Positions 26,251-38,704 are shown, numbered from the stretch's first letter. The stretch is DNA of 64,000 bases from Octopus vulgaris (GCA_951406725.2 OX597816.1:59768001-59832000); one strand, 5' to 3'. Notes: generated from the letters alone by a model not told the origin. Program-made: numbers and translations.

Positions 26251-28626
26251 CTGAAGTAAAGAAACAACAACAATGATGATGACGATGGTGATGATGATGA
26301 TGATGTGGAAACATTGGAGAAGGAACAAGAAAAAAAAAAGAGAACAGGAGGAAGAGGAGGAGGAGGAAAGAGAAAAGATGAGGAAAAGAAAGAAAGAATA
26401 GTAAAGACTAGGAGTTTGGTTTCTTCCAATTCGTTTTAGTGTGAGGGGACCAGCATGTCAACGACTACAGCCAACATTTCCTTTCTGTGTTGTGAAAAAG
26501 TGACTAAAAGGGGGTTGAGGTAAGATTTGCACTCATAAAACCCTCACCAACAATGACCACCCAAACAGACCCATGGATTGGAGGGTTGTTGTCTGAATAG
26601 TGCAAAGATATTCACCAGGAATAGGGAACTACCAACAGATGGCGGATGTGGTGGAAGTACTGTTACAGAACATGACCCTTTACTACTACTACTACTACTA
26701 CTACTACTGGTAGTAGTAGTGGTAGTGGTGGAGGAAGAGGACAAAACAAATCAAAGGAAATATGGAAACGTGTGAGAGATGTTTGAAATACTATATGAGA
26801 TGGGCATGGATGGAATGAAAGAGGGAGATTCTCTTTATGATGATAGAAAGGTGACAGATATGATATAACTGGAAGTAATCAAAAGGAGGAGCAGATCTGA
26901 GGCACGGGATGACTATGAGTATCTGAAGGTTTTATAGGTGAGTACTTCTGGATTTATAGAGTATTTGGAGGTTTACAGAGGTGAATATATCAAAGTTTAC
27001 ACCCATGCTGGCACCATATAAAAAGCAGCCATGCTGGTGCCACATGAAAAAGCACCCAGTACATGTGTGAAGTGGTTGACATTAGGAAGGGCACCCAGCC
27101 ATAGAAGCCATGCCAAAACAGACACTTGGAGCCTGGTGCAGCTCTCTGGCTTGCCAGCTCCTGTCAAACTGTCCAACCCATACATCATCATCATCATCAT
27201 TTAACGTCCGATTTCCACACTAGCATGGGTTGGACGGTTCGACCGGGGTTCTAGAAGCCATGGAGGCTGCACCAGGCTCTAGTCTGATTTGGCAGTGTTT
27301 CTACAGCTGGATGCCCTTCCTAACGCCAATCACTCCATGAGTGTAGTGGGTGTTTTTTACGTGCCACTGGCACAGGGGCCAGAGCAGGCTGGCAAACGAC
27401 CACGATCGGTTGGTGCTTTTACATGTCACCGACAGGGACGCCAGCCAGGCGGCGCTGGCATCGACCACATACGGACGGTGCTTTTTACTTGTCACCAGCA
27501 TGGGTGTCTTAACTACAATTTCCATTTGAGTTTTTATTTTGATGTTGATGTACTTGACTCAACAGGTCTCCTCAAGAACAAGGGGTCACTCTGCGATCCA
27601 AGGTTAGCACAGCAGGCCGTCCTGCGAGCCATGAACTCACTTCATTTGTCGGGTCCTCGAAGTCACGGCATATCTCCAGAGGTCTCGGTCTTTCGTCATC
27701 AGCATGGAAAACAGACATTAAATGATGATGATGATGATGGCTGAGGTGAGTATATAAAAAGCTAAAAAGTGCGTATCTGAAAGTCTATGGAGATGAATAT
27801 TTAAAGGCTTATAATACAAATAACTAGTATTCACCTAACATATCTCATGATAAATATTTCAACTACATCAATACAGCACCACCAAATTTTTATTGTTCTT
27901 ATCAAATTCATTAAGAATCTTCATTAAATTTTTTTTTAAAAAGCTTCCTTACTTTTTTTTTTTTTTTTTTTTCCCTGCTTGCCAAGTCTTCTAGAAAATA
28001 TTCCAGAACACAGGTTCATTCTGTTCTGTACAGAATATAAGGGGTACGAATTGACTGTCAGCCATAAATTTCAATATCTGTGAGCTTGTAAGTGTGTGTG
28101 TGTGTGTGTGTGTGAAAGAGAGAGAGAGAGAGAGAAAGAGAAAGAAAGTGAGAGAAAAGCGTCATGTGTATTAAGCAATTATCACAAAAGGATATGAAGT
28201 TCCCAAAGATGAATGAAAGGTGTTAAGGTGAAACATCAGTATCTGAGGAAGAAGAAACAGGACAAGCTTGCTTCCTGACCACATGGTTCCAGGTTCAGTC
28301 CCACTGTATGGCACCTTGGGCAAGTGTATTCTACTATAGCCATGGGCCAACTAAAGCCTTGTGAGTAGATGTGTTAAATGGTAACTGAAATGAAGCTTGT
28401 CATAAATATGTGTGCTTGTGTCCATCCAACCACCACTTGACAACCAGTGTCAGTGTGTTTACATCCCATGATTTTGCAGTTCGGCAAAGGAGACCGATAG
28501 AATAGATACCCAGCTTAAAAAAAAATATAATTACTGGGGTCAATTCATTAATACCCCAGTATGGCCACAGTCAGAAGACTGAAACAAGCAAAAGAGAAAA
28601 AGATATACTGGAAGAGAGGTACTTAC

Positions 28627-28652
28627 AGATGTTAACAAATTCCGTCTTTCAT
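28627..28652 (-). CDS. ATXN7L3: ATXN7L3 26-nt microexon (start of SCA7 domain)
   Basis: ttttatttcag|ATGAAAGACGGAATTTGTTAACATCT|gtaagt. (D)ERRNLLTS, similar to vertebrate EELRSLLTT. Phase 1 to 0. Confidence 0.9.
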
Positions 28653-28696
28653 CTGAAATAAAAGAATATAACAAAGTTAAACATGGTCCCACAAAT

Positions 28697-28735
<39 letters not shown>

Positions 28736-29459
28736 AGGGAGAGAAAGAGAGAGTGGGAGTCTGCTGTAAAGAGAGCAGAAGTGAATTTTTAAAAAAAATC
28801 GATTTTCTCCATTAACAAAAACATCCTTACAATACTCTCCCATGCTGGTGGCATGCAATAAGCACCAGTCAGGCATGGGTCGTTGCCAGTGCCACCTGGC
28901 TAGCTCCCCGTGCCAGTAGCATGTAAAAAGCACCATCCGAACATGGCCCGATGCCAGTGCTGCCTGACTGGCTCCCATGCCGATGGCATGTAAAAAGCAC
29001 CCGCTACACTCTTGGAGTGGTTGGCGTTAGGAAGGGCATCCAGCTGTAGAAACATTGTCAGATCAGATTGGAGCATGGTGTGGCCTCCTGGCTTGCCAGT
29101 CCCCAGACAAACCGTCCAACCTATGCTAGCATGGAAAATGGATATCAAACAATGATGCTGATGACCTTCAGGAAACCCACAACAATCTTCCAGAATTTGA
29201 AATTTACAGAATGGAGAAGCACATGGATTTATCTGTATCTTTGCAATAAACTATAAGGAACAGTAAATTGCATTTCACATTATCATAGGCTGTACACAGA
29301 CAACAACTAGAGGACGCCTACACAAGGGAACAAGTATAGTAAAATGAGATGCAAGCATGGCTTCCCAATCAAATGGTCTTGAGTTCAGTCAGTGTATTTC
29401 ATTAACCGGTATGCTTTTTCCACTAAATAAATACAAAACATAATATAGAGCACGTCATA

Positions 29460-30231
29460 TGTAAACAAACATAAGTTTGTTTTTGAAGTGCTGAAATGTA
29501 GAACAAGTAGAAAGATAAATTTTTGCAACACATAAATACTGAACAGTATACCATAAATCCTCGGGTATAGTCCGCCCTTGAGTATAATACGCAGGGGATT
29601 TTTAGGGGGCTGTACCTTTGAAAATTCTAAACCTTGTGTATAATACGCACCCCTTCTCTAACTTGAGTCAAGGAGGTCTATATAACGTCCTTGGTTTGTA
29701 AAAATGTATACGGTAACATCCTTTATTACTATTGTATATATAACATAATGCAAACGTGTAGCATTTTTGTGCATTTTGTTTGCAGAAAATAAAGAAATAA
29801 CAGTAATAACGTTTAATAAATGTTCCTTAATGCAAGTTATGGATGATTCTTTTATGACTTCATTGCTGTCAGGCTTAGCTTAAGGTATTTTTGCGCCTGA
29901 ATAAACATTGCCGGACAGCAAATAGAGACTCGGACATTCCTTGGAAAATAATTTTCATTTTTAACCTCGACGCACTAGGGATTTTGACCTTTAAATTTTG
30001 GGAAAAAAATGTGGATTATACTCGAGGATTTACGGTATATAAAATTGCAGAAGAATTCGCCGGTTGGCAGTGTAGCTTAAAGGGTAGAGCACTCTGATCG
30101 GATATTGGAGGGGTGTGAGTTCGATCCTCATAGCTGGTTGCTGGAAAATTTATCTGCTCTTAAGAGGAGTTTATCCTTTACATATGCTGTTCAGTATTTA
30201 CATGTTGAAAAAATATATCTTTCTACTTGTT
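29460..30231 (+). repeat. tRNA-core repeat with inverted arms (host of the MITE above)
   Basis: Arms 29502-29550 / 30182-30231 (acaagtagaaagata...aaatactgaacag). tRNA-like segment 30059-30139 with TAGCTTAAAGGGTAGAGC and GAGTTCGATCCTC. Confidence 0.6.
29549..30037. mobile_element. Tc1/pogo-type MITE with TA target duplication
   Basis: TIRs taccataaatcctcgggtatagtccgc / gtggattatactcgaggatttacggta, TA on both sides. Inserted in the tRNA-core repeat. Confidence 0.8.
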
Positions 30232-30572
30232 ATAAAATAATATATTTTAGGGATTTTTAAAAGAATAGCAAAACTGAGGCTGCTTTTTTACTTGCAAGGT
30301 TCTTGGTGACCCTGCCAGTGATGGTGCTATGAAAAAAGCACCAGTGCTGGTGCCACATAAAAAGCACTGGTGCTGGTGCCTTGTAAAAAATGCTGGTATT
30401 ACATTAAAAGTGCCCAGCATACTCTGTAAAGTGGATGGCATTAAGAAGGGCATCCAACAGTAGAAACCATGTCAAAACAGACAAATGGAGCCTGGTCCAG
30501 CTCCTGTCAAACCGTCCAACCCATGACAGCATGGAAAACAGACGTTGAATGATGATGATGATGTTTACTTAC

Positions 30573-30620
30573 CAAGGGACATATTTTCATAATTTGTGAC
30601 ACTATCTGGAGAAGCTTCAC
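30573..30620 (-). CDS. ATXN7L3: ATXN7L3 exon
   Basis: ttttctccag acceptor, G|gtaagt donor. (G)EASPDSVTNYENMSL, similar to vertebrate ISYETLG. 48 nt. Confidence 0.88.
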
Positions 30621-31086
30621 CTGGAGAAAACAACGATAGTAATTAGCTTTAAAGCTAGTAATTAAAAACATAATACATTGCTAACAACAGAAGTCATTAA
30701 ATTCATCTGTTTAGCCATTCCTCCTCATCCTCACACACTGTTTCACTGATCTTGTTGTGAAAAGGTCAGGTATATCCGCTGATACACAGACTGGTAGTGT
30801 GTTAGAGAACAACAGACCAATGGGCAGTTATCATCAGTGGTGGTCATTTCCATCTCATAAAAGAAAATAACATCAACAATGAAAATTAATAGTTTTATGT
30901 TAAAGATTCACAAAATCACCTGATTGAGGAAGAGAGAGAGAGAGAGAGTGAAATAGAGAGAGAGGAAGAAAGTGAAACAGAGAGAGAGGAAGAGAGTGAA
31001 ACAGAGAGGGGGAGAAATGGAATGGGAGAGAGAGGAAGAAAGTGAGATAGAGAGAGGGGGAGGGAGGAGAGAAAAGAAAGACTCAC

Positions 31087-31164
31087 CATTTTTCGTTTTA
31101 TTGGTTTTTGCTTTTCTTGTTGGACCATTATTTGTGGAACTTTTCTCTTTCTTGTTTTTCTTTC
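31087..31164 (-). CDS. ATXN7L3: ATXN7L3 exon (basic, NLS-like)
   Basis: gtttcag acceptor, G|gtgagt donor. (R)KKNKKEKSSTNNGPTRKAKTNKTKN(G). 78 nt, phase 1 to 1. Confidence 0.9.
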
Positions 31165-32593
31165 CTGAAACATTCGAAACAGATTCTACCATAAAAATGT
31201 TGGATATTTACAAAACCCTAAAATCGTAGATGGTGGACAGTGGACTGACCTCAAACTCCACCAAACAAAACCCCACCTCACTATTATTGTTCTCTTGTTA
31301 CATTAATTTAAACTAAAGGACAGACTGGGACTCTGTGATGTTCATGCTTTTCTCACTACCATTTGATGAATTCAAAAATCTAAGGAGCAGACTCAACTCA
31401 ACATCTCCCTTAACACTGCCATCTGGCCTCTGAGTGGAGCCCCCACCCATTATTATTAAGCATCTGTCTTCTATGCTAGCATGGGTTGGACAGTTAGACA
31501 GAAGCTGGCAAGCCAGAGAACTGCACTATGCTCCATTTGTCTGTTTTGGCATGTTTTTCATGGCTGGATGCACTTCATAACACCAACCACTTTACAGAGT
31601 AGAGTCTGCAATTATTTCAAGCTGGATCTCAAGTCTTTCTTTCATCCCATATGCATCCAATCATTCATACACACTAACATCACACACCTAGTGGAGCATA
31701 CATGCTTCATTTCTTTTCAAGCTTTAACACATCCTCAACATTCAATGCCCATGCTTTGTTACCATACTTGGAGAAAGAGTGTCTTAGTTGCCAATACATG
31801 TAATATCTTCCTGAACTTAATCCACCCTGTTCTTTAGTCTGTTTACTCTATTTTCAGAGATCCTTCCTCCACTGTGAATTAGATCTAGTAAGTAAGAGAA
31901 GCTCAATCAACTACTTTTATGTTCCTATCCCTCTATCATACTTTAACCTCTCAACACCCAACATAAAAGCCACCTCCCCACTCTCTCTGCAATTCATCTC
32001 ATCTAAAGGGATCTTTAGACTTGCAAGATACATGGTAACCTCACTAATGCTGGTGCCATGAAAAAGAGACCTTGTACAGCTTTTAGCATTAAGAAGGCTA
32101 TCCAGTCATAGAAACCATGCCAAAACTGAGACACTAGAGCACAATGTGGTCCTTTGACTTGTTGGATCCTGTCAAACCATCCAACCTATGCCAGTATGGC
32201 ACATGGGGACATGAAACACTAATGATGATATTGATAATGATAATAATGACAATATAATAATGATGGTGGTGATGAAGATGATGATGATGGTGGTACCTTC
32301 TGTATGGACTTCCTATCTATTCCTGTTCTTCATATCATACAGGGTACTACCCAGAGATCATCATTCCTCTAAATAACACAAACATTATCATTGTTAGGTT
32401 TATTTAAAATCTCTTCATTCTAGGCTTTGCTTCCACATTTCAAATGTCTTCTCAAAACCTTCAATAGGTATCTTAAGCTGAGTTACCAGCTTAAGCTATT
32501 TGAACACCCAAACAAACAAATGCATTACACAGGAAGTACACAGACTCCTTAGGGGACAAACAAAGAAATACATTAGAATAATAACAAACTTAC

Positions 32594-32679
32594 TTTTCTT
32601 ATCTGGGTAGGTCCAGTCATTGTCATTGTCATCATCCAGACTCTCATCACTGTCCCGTTTCAATGTTGTCGTAGCAATT
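32594..32679 (-). CDS. ATXN7L3: ATXN7L3 exon (acidic region, DNDWxY)
   Basis: tttaccag acceptor, gtaagt donor. (R)IATTTLKRDSDESLDDDNDNDWTYPDKK. 86 nt, phases 2 to 1 fit. Confidence 0.95.
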
Positions 32680-33129
32680 CTGGTAAATTAATTACAAAAT
32701 AAAGCATTAAGAAGCAATATCACAGACACTGGAACTACATCAACATGGGACACGGTTGCTGCTGCATTCAACATGGCTTACAATAAATTTCACATCAACC
32801 GAAACTAGTTACAATATTTCTTAGAAAAAAAACCAAAACAAACTAAAGTCATGGAACCAGATTTTACCGCAGGGGAAAATTTTATGGGAAAAACTGAGGA
32901 GTAAAAAAGATTTTTAGTGTTGAGATTATTCCGTCTGATGTAATGCTTATTTATTTGCTCGTTTTGAATAACTTATCCATTGTTTTGTAGCATTGAGATT
33001 TCGATGATGCAATTATTTATTTTTAGAATAATATTGTAGGGCAGGTTTGAGAGGCGGAATATGGCCAGTGTGAACATAAAAACAGGTGTTATTAATATTC
33101 GGAATGGATATCCAACCCAAATATTCTTT

Positions 33130-33497
33130 TATTCTTTTACTTGTTTCAGTCATTTGACTGCAGCCATGCTGGAGCACCGCCTTTACGAACAAATTGACCC
33201 CAGGACTTATTCTTTGTAAGCCTAGTACTTATTCTATCGATCTCTTTTTATGAAGTTACAGGGACTAAACATACCAGCATCGGTTGTCAAGCAATGGTGG
33301 TGGGACAAACACAGACGCACAAATATATACATATATACAACGAGCTTCTTTCAGTTTCCGTCTACCAAATCCACTCACAAGGCTTTGGTCGGCCCGAGGC
33401 TATAGTAGAAGACACTTGCTCAAGGTGCCACACAGTGGGGACTGAACGCAGAACCATGTGGTTGGTAAGCAAGCTACTTACCACACAACCACTCCTG
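33130..33497 (-). mobile_element. tRNA-derived SINE family B (GGCGCAGGAGTGGCTGTGTGGTAAG... head, internal microsatellite)
   Basis: Full-length copy. Others at 20032(+), 28265(+), 44010(+), 44914-45316(+), 46268-46567(-), 49370-49746(+), 49775-50137(-). Confidence 0.85.
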
Positions 33498-33760
33498 TGC
33501 AGACTCAGCCACTCGCACTTACCCTACAATATCACATTATCAAAATCTTGAAGTTATGAGATAATGAATGATTAATCTGACAGAATGATCTGAATGGCAG
33601 AGGGTTAAATCATTAAAAATTAAATCTGCAGTGAAGAGAGTAATTATCAAGAAAGACATGGGAGATAAATCTGGAGCCCAGATTCATTACAAACTGAGCA
33701 GCAAGTGCATAGGAGAGAATGAATATGATATCAATAAGGAATTGTTGAAATGTGTCTTAC

Positions 33761-33929
33761 CTTTTACTTGCTATTCTGGAACTATTTCTGCCCATACCCA
33801 TACATTTTTCTAAGTGTGGAGCAAATCGTGACGCTGCTAGGTGTCGCTGGCAGTTAGGACATGTGCATTCAAACTGTTTTTTTGTCGGCACTTGACCAAA
33901 TACATCAACCCCAGATTTGTAGACAATTT
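33761..33929 (-). CDS. ATXN7L3: ATXN7L3 exon, Sgf11-type zinc finger
   Basis: ttcaaag acceptor, AG|gtaaga donor. [57 protein letters not shown] carries the diagnostic CxCPNC...[23 protein letters not shown]. 169 nt. Confidence 0.98.
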
Positions 33930-34344
33930 CTTTGAAAGAAAGTAAAAAAAACAGTATAAATAAATATATATATATACACACACACACACACAATCAAGCA
34001 ATACTCACTGACATAAACAAAAATCTCTCTCTCCACACTTTCAAAGTAAAAATAAAATACATATGTCATTGTTTAATGTCCGTTTTCTATGCTGACACGA
34101 AGCTGGACAGACTCCAACTGTCTGTTGTGGCATGTTTTCTACAGCTGGATTCCCTTCCTAATGCCAACAACTTGACAAAGTGTGTTGAGTGCTTTTTATG
34201 TGCTACCAACATGGGTGCATTTACGCAACACCAGCACAGGTACCTTTTATGTAACACCTGAAAGAACAAGCCTGCATGAGTGGAAGAGAGCAATTTTACT
34301 TAGCTTGACTGCCTCAGCATGTTGGCATAGTACTCTCCATTGAA

Positions 34345-35131
34345 GTGTGTGGCCCTTTTGAAGTTAGTCAGTAACTAACTTTTGCATCCCAGAATGCTGA
34401 GGCCACCATATTCCTAGGTGATGAAAACAACCTTGTCCTTGTTTGAAGCAGGTGAGGAGGCAGGGACAGTTTCCACTGCCTGGATTGTCTCTGGCTCAGG
34501 TGATGAACCCAACACTCATCCTGGCTTAGGAAACATTCAAGGTCACCAGCTGGATTTGCCTCAAACAATGTCAGATTTTCTTGTAATGCAATTAGCTTGG
34601 TGCACTTTTGACCAGGTGTTAGAAGACATGGCACCCACCGATAAGAAACTGTTGTCATGCTAAGTTCATTATGCAGAATATGCTCAATTCCCACATGGGA
34701 TATGCTCATAGCATTGGCTATTTGATTTATAGTCAATCACCTGTCATGCATCAGTATGTGGTGAAAACAATGTTTTTTCTAGGTGGTGGCAGAACATTCA
34801 AACCCTTCCCCTTCTAAATTCAGTTGCCCACTTTTGCATTGTTGATAAATCTGGAGCATCATTCCTTAATGTAGCAACCATGTCAGCATGAATGTCCTTG
34901 GGGGTTAACCCCTTTTTATGCAGGTACTTGATAACCCCATGATGCTAAATTTTGTCCATTTTCAAAAGAAGTAGCTACCAGTTACTTATGAAGTCTTCTT
35001 TGAACAGTCAGATGTCAGTTTACCTGGAAGGAAACCTTGCAGTTATGAATAAAAAGGGTTGAAATAAATGCATGCAAGATTTCACAGCTCTGACATCACC
35101 CCTTCATAGTCAGCCTTTCAGCCGACCTTCA
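34345..35131 (-). mobile_element. Mariner transposase remnant (SETMAR/Hsmar-like)
   Basis: GVIKYLHKKGLTPKDIHADMVATL...KWATEFRRGR, then ILHNELSMTTVSYRWVPCLLT (WVPxxL motif), QDECWVHH, MVASAFWDAK. Confidence 0.9.
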
Positions 35132-35925
35132 AATTATTTTTATAGCTAAACATTATTAGGAATTGTATAAAAAATTGTTCAGACATTTTGGATATTGTAG
35201 GAACACAGCCAATTTATGGCACATAAATTTCAAGAGCAAAATCTTAATTGGATCCTCACTGTTTTAGTGTGTCTTCCTTGTTGGCATGGGTTGGATACTT
35301 TGACAGGATCTGATGGATTTGAGGATTGTGTTGGGTTCTAGTGTCTGCTTTGATATGGTTTCTAAGGCTAGATGTCCTTCCTAGCACCAGGGTGCCTTTC
35401 CTGTGGCATCAGTACATTGCAAGACTAAGATCCCCTTTGACTGTGTGGAACTACAGCAGAGAGTGAGGTGGCTTTATGCCAGGTGAATGAATATCCACCG
35501 TCCTCATATGCCATAATCCTCACCATCTTTTAACACCTGTCTTCTACATTGACATGGCTTTTATGGTTTGACAACATCCATCAGATCTAAGGATTGCATT
35601 GAGTTCTAATGTTAACTTTAGATGCCCTTCCTAATGCCAACCCCTTTACAGCATATACTGGGCATTTTTATCTTCTGGGGGCCCAGCACTTGTGAGGTTG
35701 CCATGCAGCTCACAAGACTAAGATCTTCTTTGACTGAGAGAGGCTAGAGTTGAAGTGGGGGCAGTTGTATGCTAAAAGAGGGTTTAAAGTATGAAAGAAG
35801 GGGTCAAAAGAGAACAGATTTCTTGCAGTAGAGGAGAAGCTTGGTGAAGTGAGGAATTTCCTGCAGACTGTTAAGAGTTTCATGGAAAAATATAAGTTAT
35901 TATTGTTTTCTAAAATATAATTTAA

Positions 35926-36147
35926 CCCTTTCATTACTGAAATTATTTTGAGATGTTCTGTGTTTTTTTCAATCAATTTTAAATATAACAAAGAATTTAG
36001 TAAAATAACCTAGTTATCATTAAGCTAGTGTTAGGAACATAAATTGTGACTAAGATTTGGTGGAACATTTTAATTCAAAACTTATGAAAACAAAACATTT
36101 GTACTACAGAGCCAGAGGTGGTTTCAATCGGGATTCTATTAAAAGGG
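35926..36147. mobile_element. piggyBac-like MITE with TTAA duplication
   Basis: TTAA|CCCTTT...AAAGGG|TTAA. Related pieces near 640-770 and 9620-9745. Confidence 0.75.
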
Positions 36148-36933
36148 TTAAATAGCATTGAAGGCATGTGGCTTAGGAGTTAGCATATTTGGATCACGAC
36201 TCTAAGGTTGTGAGTTCAATTCCCGGCGACACGTGTCCTTGAGCAAGACATTTTATTTCACGTTGCTCCAGTCCAATAAGCTGGCAAAAATGAGTTGTAC
36301 CAGTAATTCAAAGGGGCCAACCTTGTTACACTTTGTGTCACACTGAATCTTGCTGTGTTAAGAGTAAGCATGTCTGTGGAGTGCTCAGCCATTTGCACAT
36401 TAATTTCACAAGCAGGCTTTTCTGTTGATTGGATCAACTGGAACATTCACTGCCAGTTTTAAATACCATTATCATAATTATTGCTTTGTCATCCACTTTT
36501 CCATGCTTGAATTTGTTGAGACAGATCTCCTTCAGTGAGGCGCCCTTCCTGTCAATAACACTCACTGTTTCTAAGTAGGAGAATATTTTCCTATAGCTGG
36601 ACAGGTTTCCACAAGAAAATCAGAAGTGAATGACATCACTTGCATGATGGTGATACTCACTCACAACTTCCATGCAATCTCAAGACAGTAACACACATAC
36701 GGTGTGTGTGTGTAAGGATATACGACAGGCTTCTTTTGATTTCCATCAACCAGGTCCACTTTAGTCAGATTGAGGCTATAGTAGAAGACACTTGCGCAGG
36801 GTGCCATGCTGTGAGATTGAACCCAAAACCATGGGGTTGGGATAAAAACTTTACCACACAGCCACACTTAAATACAAATATATTTAATATAATTTTCAAT
36901 ATGAAACACTGACACACAACTTTTCTAACTTAC

Positions 36934-36950
36934 CATGTTCTTTATGAGAC
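36934..36950 (-). CDS. ATXN7L3: ATXN7L3 17-nt microexon
   Basis: ctattttcag|GTCTCATAAAGAACATG|gtaagt. Supplies (W)SHKEH(E) and bridges phase 2 to phase 1 between the flanking exons. Aligns with vertebrate DPDSMKDFEIV. Confidence 0.9.
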
Positions 36951-37280
36951 CTGAAAATAGAAGAAACAAAGGATAATTAAGCATTTAGAGAATATTTCAA
37001 TTTTTTTCTGCAAGACATACACATATTCACATTTAGTCATCATCATCATCATCATCATTTAATGTCTGTTTTCCATGCTGGCATGGGTTGGACGGTTTGA
37101 CTGGGGTCTGGGAAGTCAGGAGGCTGCATCAGACTCCAATCTGATCTGGAAATGTTTCTACAGTTGGATGCCCTTCCTAATGCCAACCACTCCTAGAGTG
37201 TAGTGGGTGCTTTTTACGTACCACCGGCAGAGGGGGAACATAATTATTTCTAACAAAAGAATGAGGCCACAAGTTGGTTA

Positions 37281-37394
37281 TTACATCAACCCCAGTTAGT
37301 CCACTGGTACTGACAGTAAACACTGACAAAATAATGTGCACTCGGAACATGCTATTTTGTCCGTAAGTACCAGTGGACTACTGGGTTGATGTAA
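37281..37394. repeat. Intronic fold-back (about 30-bp outer stem plus 9-bp inner stem)
   Basis: ttacatcaacccag(t)tagtccactggtact / agtaccagtggactactgggttgatgtaa, with gacaaaata / tattttgtc inside. Confidence 0.8.
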
Positions 37395-38228
37395 CAATGA
37401 CCGATTCCATCTTCATGTGACATTTTTAATGGTAGATTGCAACAATAACCAGAGTCACAGCAAAGTCAAGAAGAGAAACATAGCAGAATGTGAAGTTAGG
37501 TTAGATGTTCATTTGGTGAACCTGCATGGAAGAGCCTCTTCAGTCAACGGTCAGTCTAGGGTCAACTAATCCAGTTGCTGCCAGTTGATAGAAATGGCTA
37601 TTCATCAACTCACTTTAATTACTTGAAAACACTATGAGAGTTGTGGAATTTCATAGTGTCAACAACTGAAGCTGGATGACTAGTAATAGTAGAACAATAT
37701 GGTTTCCCATTGCATTGTGCAGGCCAATGAGAGGATTCAGACCCACATACAACACTTGATGGATTCTACTGCTAATGGTAACACTAAGCTGGGACCACAG
37801 CTAAAACTCAATGGATGAGCAATGGTTGTAGTTGAAATCCCAGACAAGAGGTGGCTGTGTCTGTCTCTCAATGAAGGCCTCAAACACAACCACCGCTCTT
37901 TGCTGCACCCATTTGTTGTGTTTTCATGATCTCTTCATTACTAGGGTCGATTCTGTTAGCATTTGTCTCTTCACAAGCACTCACAGGCAGTGAGGCTTAA
38001 TGTTCAGAGTTGCCCTTCTCTTAGACAAGCTGCCTTCTAAGGCTGCCAAGCCCTGACTTCACCCTGCTATACCACCAGGGTAGATATATACACAGTGCTG
38101 CCTCCTCACTCCTAATTATCAGACAACACTCTGGACAGACATTAACCCAGAATTTCTAAATACCAACACAATGAGAAAATAACTATTTGTAAATCTCACA
38201 ACGAGAGATATTCAGCAACAGTACTTTG

Positions 38229-38434
38229 GAGTAAAGATTGTTTGCCAACATAACATGGCAGTCCTGGTTGAGGACGAATGTTGCTGTAATTTAGCCCCAG
38301 GATGAATGTTGCTGTAATTTAGCCACGGATTGTGTCGTATAGCCAGCTGGAGATGATGTCTCCTGGGGCTAAATTACAGCAACATTCGTCCTAAACCAGG
38401 ACTGCCATGTTATGTTGGCAAACAATCTTTACTC
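38229..38434. mobile_element. MITE-like long inverted repeat
   Basis: About 74-bp arms with one mismatch (gagtaaagattgtttgccaacataacatggcagtcctggtt...agccccagga) and an internal partial duplication. Confidence 0.85.
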
Positions 38435-38588
38435 TACCAACACTACTGTTAGATAATGGTTGAGCCTGAGTTGGGTTCGTCTGTCTATTAAAAAGTAGTT
38501 CTGTTGTTTGATACATTCTCAATGTTTATGGAGTCTAGATGCAGTAAACACCCCAAAATAAGAAAGTAAGAAACCCAAATTTCCTTAC

Positions 38589-38704
38589 CATGGATCTGTA
38601 TCCCCTAAAAATAAGGTTCCAATTTTTGCTGACCGGTGCACTTCAAAACACACTCCCAATGTTACTTCATCGATCAGGTCAGCTGTCACATCACCAACAG
38701 CAGT
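38589..38704 (-). CDS. ATXN7L3: ATXN7L3/Sgf11 coding exon (first exon that can be placed; Sgf11 N-terminal helix)
   Basis: ttttttcag acceptor, TG|gtaagg donor. Translates TAVGDVTADLIDEVTLGVCFEVHRSAKIGTLFLGDTDP, matching the ATXN7L3 motif ADLxEDxxLGxCFEVHRxxKxGxxFLxDTDP. 116 nt, phase 0 to 2. Confidence 0.95.

Noticed and set aside
30059-30139. Functional tRNA gene
   Set aside because: Extra bases between the acceptor and D arms, a poor anticodon arm, and a diverged repeat copy at 12185. Treated as a tRNA-derived repeat, like the SINE heads at 4065 and 4510.
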